A stretch of DNA of 64,000 bases, taken from contig JAHZDG010000003.1 in NCBI GenBank assembly GCA_019422485.1, positions 4,201 to 68,200 on the forward strand, read 5' to 3'. How positions within the stretch are numbered: position 1 is the stretch's first letter; the number at the start of each line of letters is the position of its first letter. Position numbers and translations under genes: made by a program. The notes beneath the pieces were generated by a model that saw only the letters and a list, made by a program, of their open reading frames with translations, was not told where the DNA came from and did not search any database. The stretch is from Alistipes sp. (GTDB taxonomy: Bacteria; Bacteroidota; Bacteroidia; Bacteroidales; Rikenellaceae). This document shows positions 37,035-46,099 of the stretch, piece by piece.

Positions 37035-38456
37035 GTGGGAAACGGAGATTATATCGTAGCCATTGATTTGGGAACCAATACAGTGACGGCGGTTGTCGGC
37101 ACGCCGGTGAGTGACGGCAAATTGCGGATCGTCGATTGTGAGATCGCTCCGATGCAGGGTATGGTGCGCGGTGAGATCAAGAATATCGAACTGGTGGCCC
37201 AGAGCATCAAGAAAGCGATCGAAGCGATTGAAGATCGTCTGCAAATCAAAATTATGGAAGCCTACGCCGGGATTTCGGGCCAACATATCCGTTGCGTGAA
37301 ATACCCGTATTACGTTTTCGTGGGCCGCGACGAAATCCGCGAAGAAGACGTGCAGAAACTGCACGAAAGCATGGCCAATGTGCAGGCTCCCGATGGCGAA
37401 ACCATTATTCAGATCATTCCTCAAAGCTATATCGTCGACGACGAAGAGACCTCCAGCCCGGTGGGATCGTTCGGCAACAAATTGGAAGCGACGTTCAATT
37501 TTGTGTTGGGCGACAGCAACTCCGTGAGCCGTATCAAACGGGTGCTTTCTCGGGTGAATATCCGTCAGTGCGGGCTCTATCTCAATGCCATTGCGGCGGC
37601 CGAGGCCGTAACGACCGAAGACGAACGTCAGGAAGGCGTAGCGGTGGTCGATATCGGAGCCGGTACGACCGAAGTGGCGGTGTTCTACAAAAAGACCATT
37701 CGTCACGTCTCCATTATTCCGATGGGCGGGAATGTCATCAACAAGGATATTCGTTCATACGGGATTCTCGAACGCCATGTCGAAAACTTGAAAGTCAAAT
37801 ACGGCAGTGCGTTGCGTGAAGGCGCTCCGGCTGATAAATACATCACCACTCCGGGTCTGAATGCTCGGGTTCCCAAGGAGATTTCGTTCCAGAACCTGGC
37901 TGCCATTATCGAAGCCCGGATGTTGGATATCATCGACTATGTGATGGAGCAGATCAAGGCGTCGGGTTATGCCGACAAGTTGGCCGGGGGTGTGGTGCTC
38001 ACCGGGGGATCGGCTCAGATGAAGGATCTCGAAAAACTGTTTAAGAACTATACGGGCCTCGATGTGCGGGTGGCTGCGCCGGATGTTGTTTTGGACGAAG
38101 AGAGCGTTGACGCAGTGAAAACGCCGGCTTTTGCGACTGCCGTCGGTTTGTTGATCAAAGGCATGGCCAGCGGGAAAACCACCCGGACCGAAAAATCCCG
38201 TCCGGTGAATGCAGCCCCTCAGCGGCCGGCGCCTGCGTATGGAGAAAGCAATCCGTATGCGGTCAATGATCCGGAAGGACGTCCGACGATCAATGATCGT
38301 TACGGTCAGGGCGGACAGTATGGGGCGGCTGGCGATACGCCGTTCGAAGAGGAACAACCCGAAGAAACTCCGCAGAAGAGAGGTTTCCTGAATCGGATCA
38401 AGAAACGCATTGAAAAGGTCTTCGAAATGGATGTGATCGAAGACAACGAAATATAA
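37035..38456 (+). CDS. ftsA: cell division protein FtsA
   Basis: Actin-fold motifs IVAIDLGTNTVTAVVG, VDIGAGTTEVAVF and VVLTGGSAQM. A C-terminal amphipathic helix (GFLNRIKKRIEKVF) follows a Pro/Gly-rich linker. The start is GTG 37035. Confidence 0.9.
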   Translation: MGNGDYIVAIDLGTNTVTAVVGTPVSDGKLRIVDCEIAPMQGMVRGEIKNIELVAQSIKKAIEAIEDRLQIKIMEAYAGISGQHIRCVKYPYYVFVGRDEIREEDVQKLHESMANVQAPDGETIIQIIPQSYIVDDEETSSPVGSFGNKLEATFNFVLGDSNSVSRIKRVLSRVNIRQCGLYLNAIAAAEAVTTEDERQEGVAVVDIGAGTTEVAVFYKKTIRHVSIIPMGGNVINKDIRSYGILERHVENLKVKYGSALREGAPADKYITTPGLNARVPKEISFQNLAAIIEARMLDIIDYVMEQIKASGYADKLAGGVVLTGGSAQMKDLEKLFKNYTGLDVRVAAPDVVLDEESVDAVKTPAFATAVGLLIKGMASGKTTRTEKSRPVNAAPQRPAPAYGESNPYAVNDPEGRPTINDRYGQGGQYGAAGDTPFEEEQPEETPQKRGFLNRIKKRIEKVFEMDVIEDNEI

Positions 38457-38553
38457 TCCGGTCGGGAGGACGGGTCGCTCTGTGAGCCGCCCGACGATCC
38501 GGCAGAACGGAAATTCCATCCGCCTCGCTGTTAACGAAAGAGAAAAAGAGATT

Positions 38554-40077
38554 ATGCCAGATATTATCGAATTTGACCAACCGAAGATTTCCCCTTCGAT
38601 CATCATGGTCGCCGGGGTAGGGGGTGGCGGCAGCAACGCTGTCAACTACATGTACGAACTGGGGATTGCCGATGTGTCGTTTATGGTGTGCAACACCGAC
38701 CGTCAGGCTCTTTACCGCAGTCCGGTGCCGATTAAGGTTCGGCTGGGGGAATCCTTGACCCAGGGCCTCGGTGCGGGGAACAACCCTGAACGAGGTCGCG
38801 AAGCCGCTTTGGAAAGCCTCGACGAGATCGTGGAGATCTTTAAGCGGGAAGGCACCAAGATGGTCTTTATTACCGCCGGGATGGGCGGGGGTACCGGTAC
38901 CGGTGCCGCCCCTGTGATTGCTAAAGCGGCGCGTGAACTGGGTATTCTGACGGTGGCCATCGTGACGCTGCCGTTCAAGACCGAAGGCCCCAAGCGTATG
39001 ACGCATGCCTATGAAGGAATCGATCAGCTAAGACAGTATGTCGATTCGCTGCTGTTGATCAACAACGAAAATATCCAGGATATTTATGGGAAATTGACCT
39101 TGTCGGAAGCCTTCGGCAAGGCCGATGATATTTTGGCCACGGCCGCCAAGAGTATTGCCGAAGTCATTACCCGGGAAAATACGGTGAATGTCGACTTTGC
39201 CGATGTTCAGACGGTGATGCGTGACAGCGGAATCGCCTTGATGGGTTCCGGACGCGCTTCGGGGGAAGACCGGGCCATGGAGGTGGCCAATGCGGCTCTG
39301 ACCTCTCCGCTGCTGAACCACAACGATATTATCGGGGCCAAAAATATCTTGATCAACATTACTTCGGGGGAAGAAGAAATCACCCTGGAAGAAACCTACC
39401 TGATCACAGAATACATCCAGGAACGTTCCGGAAACAATGCCGATATTATTTGGGGGGCAGGGACGGATCCTTCGTTGGGAAGCGACATCGAAGTGACGAT
39501 CATCGCCACGGGATTTGCCGTAGAAACCATTGCCCAAAATTATACGCCTTTTGCGTCGCCGTTGCAGGCCCGTCTGGATGCCGCCCGTCAGGCGGCCGAA
39601 GCGGAAGCTGCCGCTTCGGAACCGGTAGCTGAACCTGTTCAGGAACCGGAAGTTGAACCGATGCCGGTTGAAGAACAGCCGGTGATTCCTGCTCGTCCGC
39701 GTTGGACGCCGCCTCAGGAACGCCAGACTCCGCCGCGTCCGACCTTTAACCGTCCGTTGAGTCCTCGTCCGCTGACCGAAGCCCAACCGACGGCACCGAC
39801 TCCTCCCCCGGTGATTCCGCCGGCTCCCAATGCCCAGAGTGCACCCAGTCCGCTGGGTCGTCCGGCCGCCGCTCCGCAGGTGATCGAATCCAAGGATAAA
39901 AGCCAGGGTTCGGCCTTCAATATCGATGAGATGGAAAACGTTCCGGCTTTTGTGCGGCGTAAAATGCGCTTCGTGAAAGACAATCCGGAAGAGGGAGGCC
40001 GCAGTTCACGGGTGGTGCTCAAGGATGACGCTCCGCAGGACGATAAGCCCCAGGGCGGAAATTCTTTGTTTGATTAA
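38554..40077 (+). CDS. ftsZ: cell division GTPase FtsZ with a long Pro-rich linker and extended tail
   Basis: Motifs [13 protein letters not shown], tubulin signature [15 protein letters not shown], and C-terminal peptide [10 protein letters not shown] followed by about 40 more residues. ATG 38554 is chosen over the track start. Confidence 0.93.
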   Translation: MPDIIEFDQPKISPSIIMVAGVGGGGSNAVNYMYELGIADVSFMVCNTDRQALYRSPVPIKVRLGESLTQGLGAGNNPERGREAALESLDEIVEIFKREGTKMVFITAGMGGGTGTGAAPVIAKAARELGILTVAIVTLPFKTEGPKRMTHAYEGIDQLRQYVDSLLLINNENIQDIYGKLTLSEAFGKADDILATAAKSIAEVITRENTVNVDFADVQTVMRDSGIALMGSGRASGEDRAMEVANAALTSPLLNHNDIIGAKNILINITSGEEEITLEETYLITEYIQERSGNNADIIWGAGTDPSLGSDIEVTIIATGFAVETIAQNYTPFASPLQARLDAARQAAEAEAAASEPVAEPVQEPEVEPMPVEEQPVIPARPRWTPPQERQTPPRPTFNRPLSPRPLTEAQPTAPTPPPVIPPAPNAQSAPSPLGRPAAAPQVIESKDKSQGSAFNIDEMENVPAFVRRKMRFVKDNPEEGGRSSRVVLKDDAPQDDKPQGGNSLFD

Positions 40078-40151
40078 TCGAAAATTTCGGTTCGGGGAGA
40101 GGCTGGATTGACCGGATAACCCCCGAATCGGAGTTGCCCGCATAGAGACCT

Positions 40152-41459
40152 TTGTTCGGTTTGGAACCTTGTTTGATAACGGCCGTAGCGTTGAACCCCT
40201 TGGGAACCCAGGGGATTGTCTTGTTGGTGGTCATCGGATTGTTGCTGATGGCCTCGGCCCTGATTTCGAGTTCGGAGACAGCCTTTTTCTCTCTGACCCC
40301 TCAGCATATCCATCACTTTAAGATGAAAAATACACGGAGCACCCATGCCGTGTTGCGTCTACTGTCGATGCCCGAATACCTTTTGGCGACGATTCTGATC
40401 GCCAATAATCTGGTCAATATTTGTGTGGTGTTGCTCTCCAATACCCTGATCGATTCGTGGGTCGATTTTCAGGGGGCGGAAACCTTGGAACTGGTGGTCA
40501 AACTGGTCATCGTTACCTTTATCCTGCTGCTCTTCGGGGAGATCATGCCCAAGGTGTTTGCCTCGTATAATGCGGTGCGGGTCGCCAAAATGATGGCCGT
40601 ACCGATGTTGTTTTTGCGGGGGGTATTCAAACCGTTTTCCTATCTGTTGATCCGCTCGGGGAACAGCATCAGTGCCCGGGCTGCCAAACGGAAAGTCAAT
40701 ATCTCGATGGATGAGCTCTCCAATGCACTGGAGATGACTTCCGATCAGAGCGTCGAAGAGAAAAAGATCCTGACGGGAATTGTGGGGTTTGTCAATACGG
40801 AGGTGGCTCAAATCATGAAACACCGGGTCGATATGGTGGCGTTGGACGAGAAAGAGGATTTCGATCGGGTGCGGGAGGTGATTCTTTCGTCGGGCTTTTC
40901 CCGGATTCCGGTCTATGAAGAGAGCATGGACAACATCAAGGGCGTGCTTTATGTGAAGGATTTGATTCCACATATCACCCGTGAAGCCTCGTTCGATTGG
41001 CGGAGTCTGTGTCGCAAGCCCTATTTCGTCCCAGAGCATAAGAAAATCAACGATCTGCTGGAAGAGTTCCAGACCCAGAAGGTCCATTTGGGCATTGTGG
41101 TCGATGAGTACGGGTCGACGCAGGGGCTGGTCTCCCTGGAAGATATTCTGGAAGAGATCGTGGGTGAGATCTCCGACGAATCGGATGTGGAAGAGTCGTT
41201 CTATACGCAGGTGGATGAGCACACCTATCTGTTTGATGGTAAAACCAACCTGACCGATATGCTCAAGGTGCTCGATCTGGATGATGATTATTTGGATGCC
41301 CTGAAAGGACAGGCGGAAAGCATCGGCGGACTGATGTTGGAAATTCGCCGGGACTTTATCCGGCAGGGCGATGTGATTTATGCCCGGGAGCTGACCCTGA
41401 AGGCCGAGTCGGTCGAGGGACATCGCATTGACAAGGTACAGGTCAAAGTGGGAAAATAA
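40152..41459 (+). CDS. gldE: CNNM(DUF21)-CBS-CorC_HlyC domain membrane protein (GldE-like)
   Basis: An N-terminal four-helix membrane domain (SALISSSETAFFSL, FGEIMPKV), a CBS pair (VAQIMKHRVDMVAL..., IPVYEESMDNIKGVLYVKDL) and a CorC C-terminal domain. A TTG start is inferred, because the first ATG would cut the first TM helix. Confidence 0.75.
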   Translation: MFGLEPCLITAVALNPLGTQGIVLLVVIGLLLMASALISSSETAFFSLTPQHIHHFKMKNTRSTHAVLRLLSMPEYLLATILIANNLVNICVVLLSNTLIDSWVDFQGAETLELVVKLVIVTFILLLFGEIMPKVFASYNAVRVAKMMAVPMLFLRGVFKPFSYLLIRSGNSISARAAKRKVNISMDELSNALEMTSDQSVEEKKILTGIVGFVNTEVAQIMKHRVDMVALDEKEDFDRVREVILSSGFSRIPVYEESMDNIKGVLYVKDLIPHITREASFDWRSLCRKPYFVPEHKKINDLLEEFQTQKVHLGIVVDEYGSTQGLVSLEDILEEIVGEISDESDVEESFYTQVDEHTYLFDGKTNLTDMLKVLDLDDDYLDALKGQAESIGGLMLEIRRDFIRQGDVIYARELTLKAESVEGHRIDKVQVKVGK

Positions 41460-41496
41460 ATCGACGACCGCGGCGTTCATTGAGAAAAGAGAGACT

Positions 41497-41532
41497 GGGA
41501 AGAAAAACAAACAGGGATACCTTTCCCTTTTT
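41497..41532 (+). terminator. candidate terminator after the gldE-like gene
   Basis: A gggaa / ttccc stem with a long loop, followed by ttttt. Confidence 0.4.
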
Positions 41533-41577
41533 CGGAAAATAGACAACCAACAACAAAACCAAAAACAATAAAGAACC

Positions 41578-43071
41578 ATGAGAAAAATCTTTTTTGCCGG
41601 GTGCGCCCTCTTGTTGTGCGCAGGCTTTGCCCGGGTACAGGCCCAGGAGAAGGATGCCCTGAGTGAACAGCAGTTGAAAATGATGAAGGCGTTTCATCTC
41701 GTTTCGGCTGCGGACATCGAACAGTGGGCACGTACCTTGGTGTCGGATGAATATCGGGGACGTCGCTCGGGAGATATCGGGTATGATATGGCGGCCGATT
41801 TTGTGATCGACCACTTCAAGGAGTGGGGGATCCAACCCAAGGGGGATAACGGTACCTATGAAAATACTTTTGCCCAACCCTATTGCGATGTAAAAGGGGT
41901 CGGCTTTTTGAAAGTCTCTTATGCTGTCGGTAAAGATACCGTTGTGAAAAACTATGTGGCTCGGGAAGACTATTTCCCGACAGCGCTTTCGGACGGCGGT
42001 GAAGCGACCGGTGAACTGGTCTATGTCGGTTATGGGATTAACGCTCCGGAGTTGGGTTACAACGACTACAAAGGAATGGATCTGACCGGCAAGATCGTGT
42101 TGTGCGAAGGGGGCTTCCCGTATAAAGGCAAGAACATCGATTCTTTGAAGATGTGGAACAAGTACCTGCGGGCTCAACCCAAAATTGCTGCCGCCAAGGC
42201 TGCCGGAGCCAAAGGTTTGCTGTTCGTTTCCAAATACGCTAACCCGATGCCGATGCAGACGCCGGGGATGATCGTGGCCTTCGTTAGCAAGGATATGGCC
42301 AAGGAACTGCTTGCCGGAACGGGGCGCAGCTTCGATGAATGGCACAAACGTTTCGATGAATTCAAAGGGAAACCGGTTCCGACGGGTCATATCGTCAGTG
42401 TCGGTGCAGACAACACTTTCTATGGCGATCGCACGACGGCCAACATCGTTGGGGTGATCGAAGGGAGTGATCCCGTTTTGAAAAATGAATACATCGTGCT
42501 GGGGGCCCATATCGACCACCTGGGGATGTTGCCGGAAATCTATCCCGGAGCTCAGGACAATGTGTCGGGTTCGGTAATCACGATGGCGGCTGCCAAAGCG
42601 CTGGCTCTCTCGAAAGTCGATATGAAACGCAGTGTGGTGATTGTTCTGTTCGCATCTGAAGAGCTGGGGGTATTGGGCGCTGAACATTTCATCAAAACGA
42701 TGCCCTTCCCCAAAGAAAAGGTGACCTGCATGATCAATACCGACATGTTGGCAACCGGAACGGGTTTCCTGGTACACTCTTCGAATGAATGGGCGGATCT
42801 GGTGCCTTATTTCCGGACGGCTTCTGAAGATTGGGCCCGTCGTCCTTTCAAAGCCAACCTGACGCCGTGGGAATATAAAGCCCGGTTGTTTACGGACGGG
42901 AATATGTTCCAGAATTTCCAGATTCCTACCTTCGAATTGAAAACGACGGGTGGAAAATGGCCGGCTCCCTATCATGTGCCGGAAGATACGATGGATCAGC
43001 TCGATCCGGTGATCATGGCCGATGCTGCCCGTACGATGGCGATTGCCGTGATCCAGATTGCCAACAAATAG
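41578..43071 (+). CDS. secreted M28 family zinc aminopeptidase with a PA domain
   Basis: Signal peptide MRKIFFAGCALLLCAGFARVQAQ. M28 metal-ligand motifs are AHIDHLG, GAQDNVSGS, FASEELGVLGAE and NTDML. Confidence 0.8.
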   Translation: MRKIFFAGCALLLCAGFARVQAQEKDALSEQQLKMMKAFHLVSAADIEQWARTLVSDEYRGRRSGDIGYDMAADFVIDHFKEWGIQPKGDNGTYENTFAQPYCDVKGVGFLKVSYAVGKDTVVKNYVAREDYFPTALSDGGEATGELVYVGYGINAPELGYNDYKGMDLTGKIVLCEGGFPYKGKNIDSLKMWNKYLRAQPKIAAAKAAGAKGLLFVSKYANPMPMQTPGMIVAFVSKDMAKELLAGTGRSFDEWHKRFDEFKGKPVPTGHIVSVGADNTFYGDRTTANIVGVIEGSDPVLKNEYIVLGAHIDHLGMLPEIYPGAQDNVSGSVITMAAAKALALSKVDMKRSVVIVLFASEELGVLGAEHFIKTMPFPKEKVTCMINTDMLATGTGFLVHSSNEWADLVPYFRTASEDWARRPFKANLTPWEYKARLFTDGNMFQNFQIPTFELKTTGGKWPAPYHVPEDTMDQLDPVIMADAARTMAIAVIQIANK

Positions 43072-43095
43072 TCTTTGAGGCTGACAATCATATTG

Positions 43096-43130
43096 AAAAG
43101 CCGTCTTCCTTACGGGAAGACGGCTTTTCT
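43096..43130 (+). terminator. intrinsic terminator after the M28 peptidase gene
   Basis: gccgtcttcc / ggaagacggc form a 10-bp stem with a 5-nt loop, followed by ttttct. Confidence 0.85.
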
Positions 43131-43216
43131 GTTCAGCGGCTTTTGAGGAGGGCGGTTGGGAACCGGGAACGTGTCGTTTCCGACCCTTTTGTTTCGGGAA
43201 CCTCCGAGCCGGATCA

Positions 43217-43252
43217 TAAAAGCCGCTGCTGAATACTCAGCAGCGGCTTTAT
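43217..43252 (-). terminator. intrinsic terminator after fabI (minus strand)
   Basis: aaagccgctgctga / tcagcagcggcttt form a 14-bp stem, with a T-run on the minus strand. Confidence 0.85.
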
Positions 43253-43278
43253 TATTGTGCAACCGTAAAATCAGTGGC

Positions 43279-44121
43279 TTATTCGTGTTTGATGTCGCGG
43301 TATTCCATCCCTTTGCCGTAGGTCTTCATGGCGCGGGCGCTCATCCCCATGTTGGAGAAACCGCCATCGTTGTAAAGGTTCTGCATGGTGACCTTGCGGG
43401 TCAGGTCCGAGAAGAGCGTCAGCACATAGTTGGCGCAATCTTCGGCCGTGGCGTTGCCCAGCGGAGACATGCGGTCGGCAAAGTCCATCAGGTCGTTCAG
43501 ACCCATTACCCCGCTACCGGCCGTGGTCGGAGTGGGTGACTGGGAAACGGTGTTGATGCGCACCTGTTTTTCGCGGCCGTAGATGTAGCCGAAGCTGCGG
43601 GCGATGGATTCCAGCAGTGCTTTGGCATCCGCCATGTCGTTGTATCCGTACAGGGTACGTTGTGCGGCGATATAGGTGAGGGCCACGATCGAACCCCAGT
43701 TGTTGAGAGCATCCTTTTTGCGGGCGACCTGAATCACTTTGTGGAACGAAATGGCCGAAATGTCGAGGGTTTTGGCCAGGAAGTCATAATCCAGATCGTC
43801 GTAAGTACGGCCTTTGCGCACGTTGGGCGACATGCCGATGGAGTGGAGAATGAAGTCGAATTTCCCGCCGAAATGTTCCATGGATTTTTCGATCAGGTTT
43901 TCCAGGTCGGGTACGCTGGTGGCGTCGGCCGGGATAACGATGCTGCCGGTCTGTTGGGCCAGCTGGTTGATCGTCCCCATGCGGATCGAGACGGGTGTAT
44001 TGGTGAGCACGATCTGAGCCCCTTCTTCGACGGCCCGTTGGGCCACCTTCCAGGCGATGGATTGTTCGTTGAGGGCTCCGAAGATCAAGCCTTTTTTCCC
44101 TTTTAAAAGATTGTATGACAT
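43279..44121 (-). CDS. fabI: enoyl-[acyl-carrier-protein] reductase (NADH), FabI
   Basis: Starts MSYNLLKGKKGLIFGALNEQSIAWKVAQ and has the SDR fold with the Tyr/Lys active-site segment (YIAAQRTLYGYNDMADAKALLES). ATG 44121 is chosen over the track start at 44190. Confidence 0.88.
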   Translation of the reverse strand: MSYNLLKGKKGLIFGALNEQSIAWKVAQRAVEEGAQIVLTNTPVSIRMGTINQLAQQTGSIVIPADATSVPDLENLIEKSMEHFGGKFDFILHSIGMSPNVRKGRTYDDLDYDFLAKTLDISAISFHKVIQVARKKDALNNWGSIVALTYIAAQRTLYGYNDMADAKALLESIARSFGYIYGREKQVRINTVSQSPTPTTAGSGVMGLNDLMDFADRMSPLGNATAEDCANYVLTLFSDLTRKVTMQNLYNDGGFSNMGMSARAMKTYGKGMEYRDIKHE

Positions 44122-44145
44122 AGATTTCTTCGATTGATTCGCGGG

Positions 44146-44153
44146 CAAAGGTA
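44146..44153 (-). promoter_or_regulatory. TAnnTTTG -7 box for fabI (minus strand)
   Basis: Reads TACCTTTG on the minus strand, 25 nt upstream of ATG 44121. Confidence 0.6.
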
Positions 44154-44279
44154 CGAATATTTGGATAATCTCCAACCCGTATGGCCGCAAGGCGGCTGTT
44201 TTGACGGGTTTCGGGCTTGTGGATCCAAATAATTTTTCGTATATTTTCCACAGTCAATCATTTAATACAGAATAGACCG

Positions 44280-44831
44280 ATGAAAAAGTGGATTTTTTTA
44301 GGCGTATTCATGGTGTTGAGTGTTGGATTGCAGGCTCAGTCCGGTTGGAGTGTGACTCCGCGGGTGGGTATGCAGGTTGCTGCCATGCAGTTCAATATGG
44401 TTGGTATTTACCTGGGAGCGACTGCGCAATATCGTTTCGGACCGGTGTGGGCCTTACAGATGGGAGCCATGTATGCGAACGGGTATGAGTCTTATGGAAA
44501 TGGATCTTACCGGGCCGAGCATATGTTGCATTTCCCGATTCAGGTGAAGGCGTATGTGCGGGATGGATGGTATTTGGCGACTGGTCCTCAATTCCACATG
44601 CCGTTTTCTTCAACGTCTTGTTGGAACCATCAGAAAACGACCTATACGGACGTCGAGGGCGGCATTTCGTGGGCGATTGGTACAGGGTATGATTTCCCGT
44701 GCGGACTGACCTTGAATTTCGATTATGCATATGGCAGTCCGGTGGCTTTTATGTCTTATATAGGGGGAGATCTGCCCTCGTGGAGTCTGATTCAGATTGG
44801 CTTGGGTTGGCGATTCGGAAAAGGAAAATAG
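44280..44831 (+). CDS. small outer-membrane beta-barrel protein (porin-family/OprF-N-like)
   Basis: Signal peptide MKKWIFLGVFMVLSVGLQAQ, alternating aromatic/Gly beta-strand pattern, and a C-terminal strand ending in F (IQIGLGWRFGKGK). ATG 44280 is chosen. Confidence 0.6.
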   Translation: MKKWIFLGVFMVLSVGLQAQSGWSVTPRVGMQVAAMQFNMVGIYLGATAQYRFGPVWALQMGAMYANGYESYGNGSYRAEHMLHFPIQVKAYVRDGWYLATGPQFHMPFSSTSCWNHQKTTYTDVEGGISWAIGTGYDFPCGLTLNFDYAYGSPVAFMSYIGGDLPSWSLIQIGLGWRFGKGK

Positions 44832-45121
44832 GGGTCACCGCAGAACGGCCGTGTCGTGAAAGTGTGGGATAGAGGGGCGCTCTGCAAGGGAAGAAGGGAG
44901 CCGGAAATTGGTGGGCGGACTTTGCGGAGGGACGTCTGAAGTGAAAGTAGGTTGCGATATTCCTTTCTGAAAATAGAAGGGGATGCCCTGAGAGTCGAAT
45001 GCGAAACGAAAATTCGGATCAAGCGTGTACGTTGAACAGCCCTATGTCCGTAAAGATAGCCCCGATGCGGTGTCGTTATCGAGCCGGGGTGGGAAGAATG
45101 ACGTTGGGTTTGTGGAGAGGG

Positions 45122-46021
45122 CTATTGGGGAACGAACAGGTAGGTAATGGTCCCCTGTTGACGATCGGGGGCTGAACCGTCCACGTTGAATCGGGACAGA
45201 CGAGCCGCTTCGACAGCCCGGTCGAGGATACAGTCGTCGTTGGTCGTGGTATTGCCGACCGAAGCGTCGGTGACTTTCCCGTTGCGATTGACGGTGATGT
45301 TTACGACCACTTGTCCGCCGCCTTCGCATTGATAGGCCGGTACGTGCATATATACGGCTGAACGCCCCGCTAAGGAGAATGAAATGATCACATTGCCTTT
45401 TACTTTGACGGTTTCCTGTTTCTCCTGTTTGTCGGCCTTGTTTTTCTGGGCATTGCGGGCGTCGATCATGGCTTGTTCTTCACTCAGCCCCTTTTCATAG
45501 GCTTCTCGGGAGGCGCGCATCCGATCCTGAACCTCTTGAGCCTGTTCGGCAAGGTCTTCTGGAATGGGGTTGTTGCGCAGGGTTTGGGATTCGGCGATCG
45601 TCTTGGAATCTTCGTTGGAAATCTGGTTGCGGGCTTCGCGCAGACTTTGTTCCAGCTCCTGGAGTTCTTTCGGGGTCAGCGGCTTTAGTTCGGGCTGAGG
45701 CGGAATCTCTTCCATGGAGATATAGATCGTGTTTTCGGGGGTTTGTTGGCCGATAATGATTTTGGCGGAGATGAAGACAATCCCTAAAATCAGGTAGGCA
45801 ATGACCGTGATGCAAAGCCCGACTTTGTGATCGTAGGCCCAGCTGCCCGGATCGGTCGGACGCTTTTCGAAAGGCAGTACGATGCGCCGACGACGAGGAT
45901 CTTGTGCTCCGTTCGGAACAGGGGACGGACCCGGTCGACGGTCGCTCGGGCGATTTCCCGGTCGATCCGATTGGGGTCCCCGTTGTGGGTGTTGTGTTTC
46001 CGGTCTGCGATCCTGTCTCAT
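45122..46021 (-). CDS. TonB-C-terminal-domain protein (orphan paralog) with an Arg/Pro-rich cytoplasmic N-terminus
   Basis: About 65 Arg/Pro-rich residues, a TM helix (GLCITVIAYLILGIVFISA), a charged coiled-coil-like linker, and a TonB_C-like end (GGGQVVVNITVNRNGKVTDA...AARLSRFNVD...QQGTITYLFVPQ). The end parallels the tonB at 61430-62254. Confidence 0.7.
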   Translation of the reverse strand: MRQDRRPETQHPQRGPQSDRPGNRPSDRRPGPSPVPNGAQDPRRRRIVLPFEKRPTDPGSWAYDHKVGLCITVIAYLILGIVFISAKIIIGQQTPENTIYISMEEIPPQPELKPLTPKELQELEQSLREARNQISNEDSKTIAESQTLRNNPIPEDLAEQAQEVQDRMRASREAYEKGLSEEQAMIDARNAQKNKADKQEKQETVKVKGNVIISFSLAGRSAVYMHVPAYQCEGGGQVVVNITVNRNGKVTDASVGNTTTNDDCILDRAVEAARLSRFNVDGSAPDRQQGTITYLFVPQ

Positions 46022-46042
46022 CGTGCGCTCCAAAATTCTGCA

Positions 46043-46050
46043 CAAAAGTA
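46043..46050 (-). promoter_or_regulatory. TAnnTTTG -7 box for the orphan TonB-like gene (minus strand)
   Basis: Reads TACTTTTG on the minus strand, 22 nt upstream of ATG 46021. Confidence 0.55.
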
Positions 46051-46072
46051 CGATTTCTTTATAAAAATTTAA

Positions 46073-46080
46073 TACCTTTG
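46073..46080 (+). promoter_or_regulatory. TAnnTTTG -7 box for lpxC/fabZ
   Basis: TACCTTTG lies 19 nt upstream of ATG 46100. Confidence 0.6.
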
Positions 46081-46099
46081 TAAGCAAAATATTTTAAAC

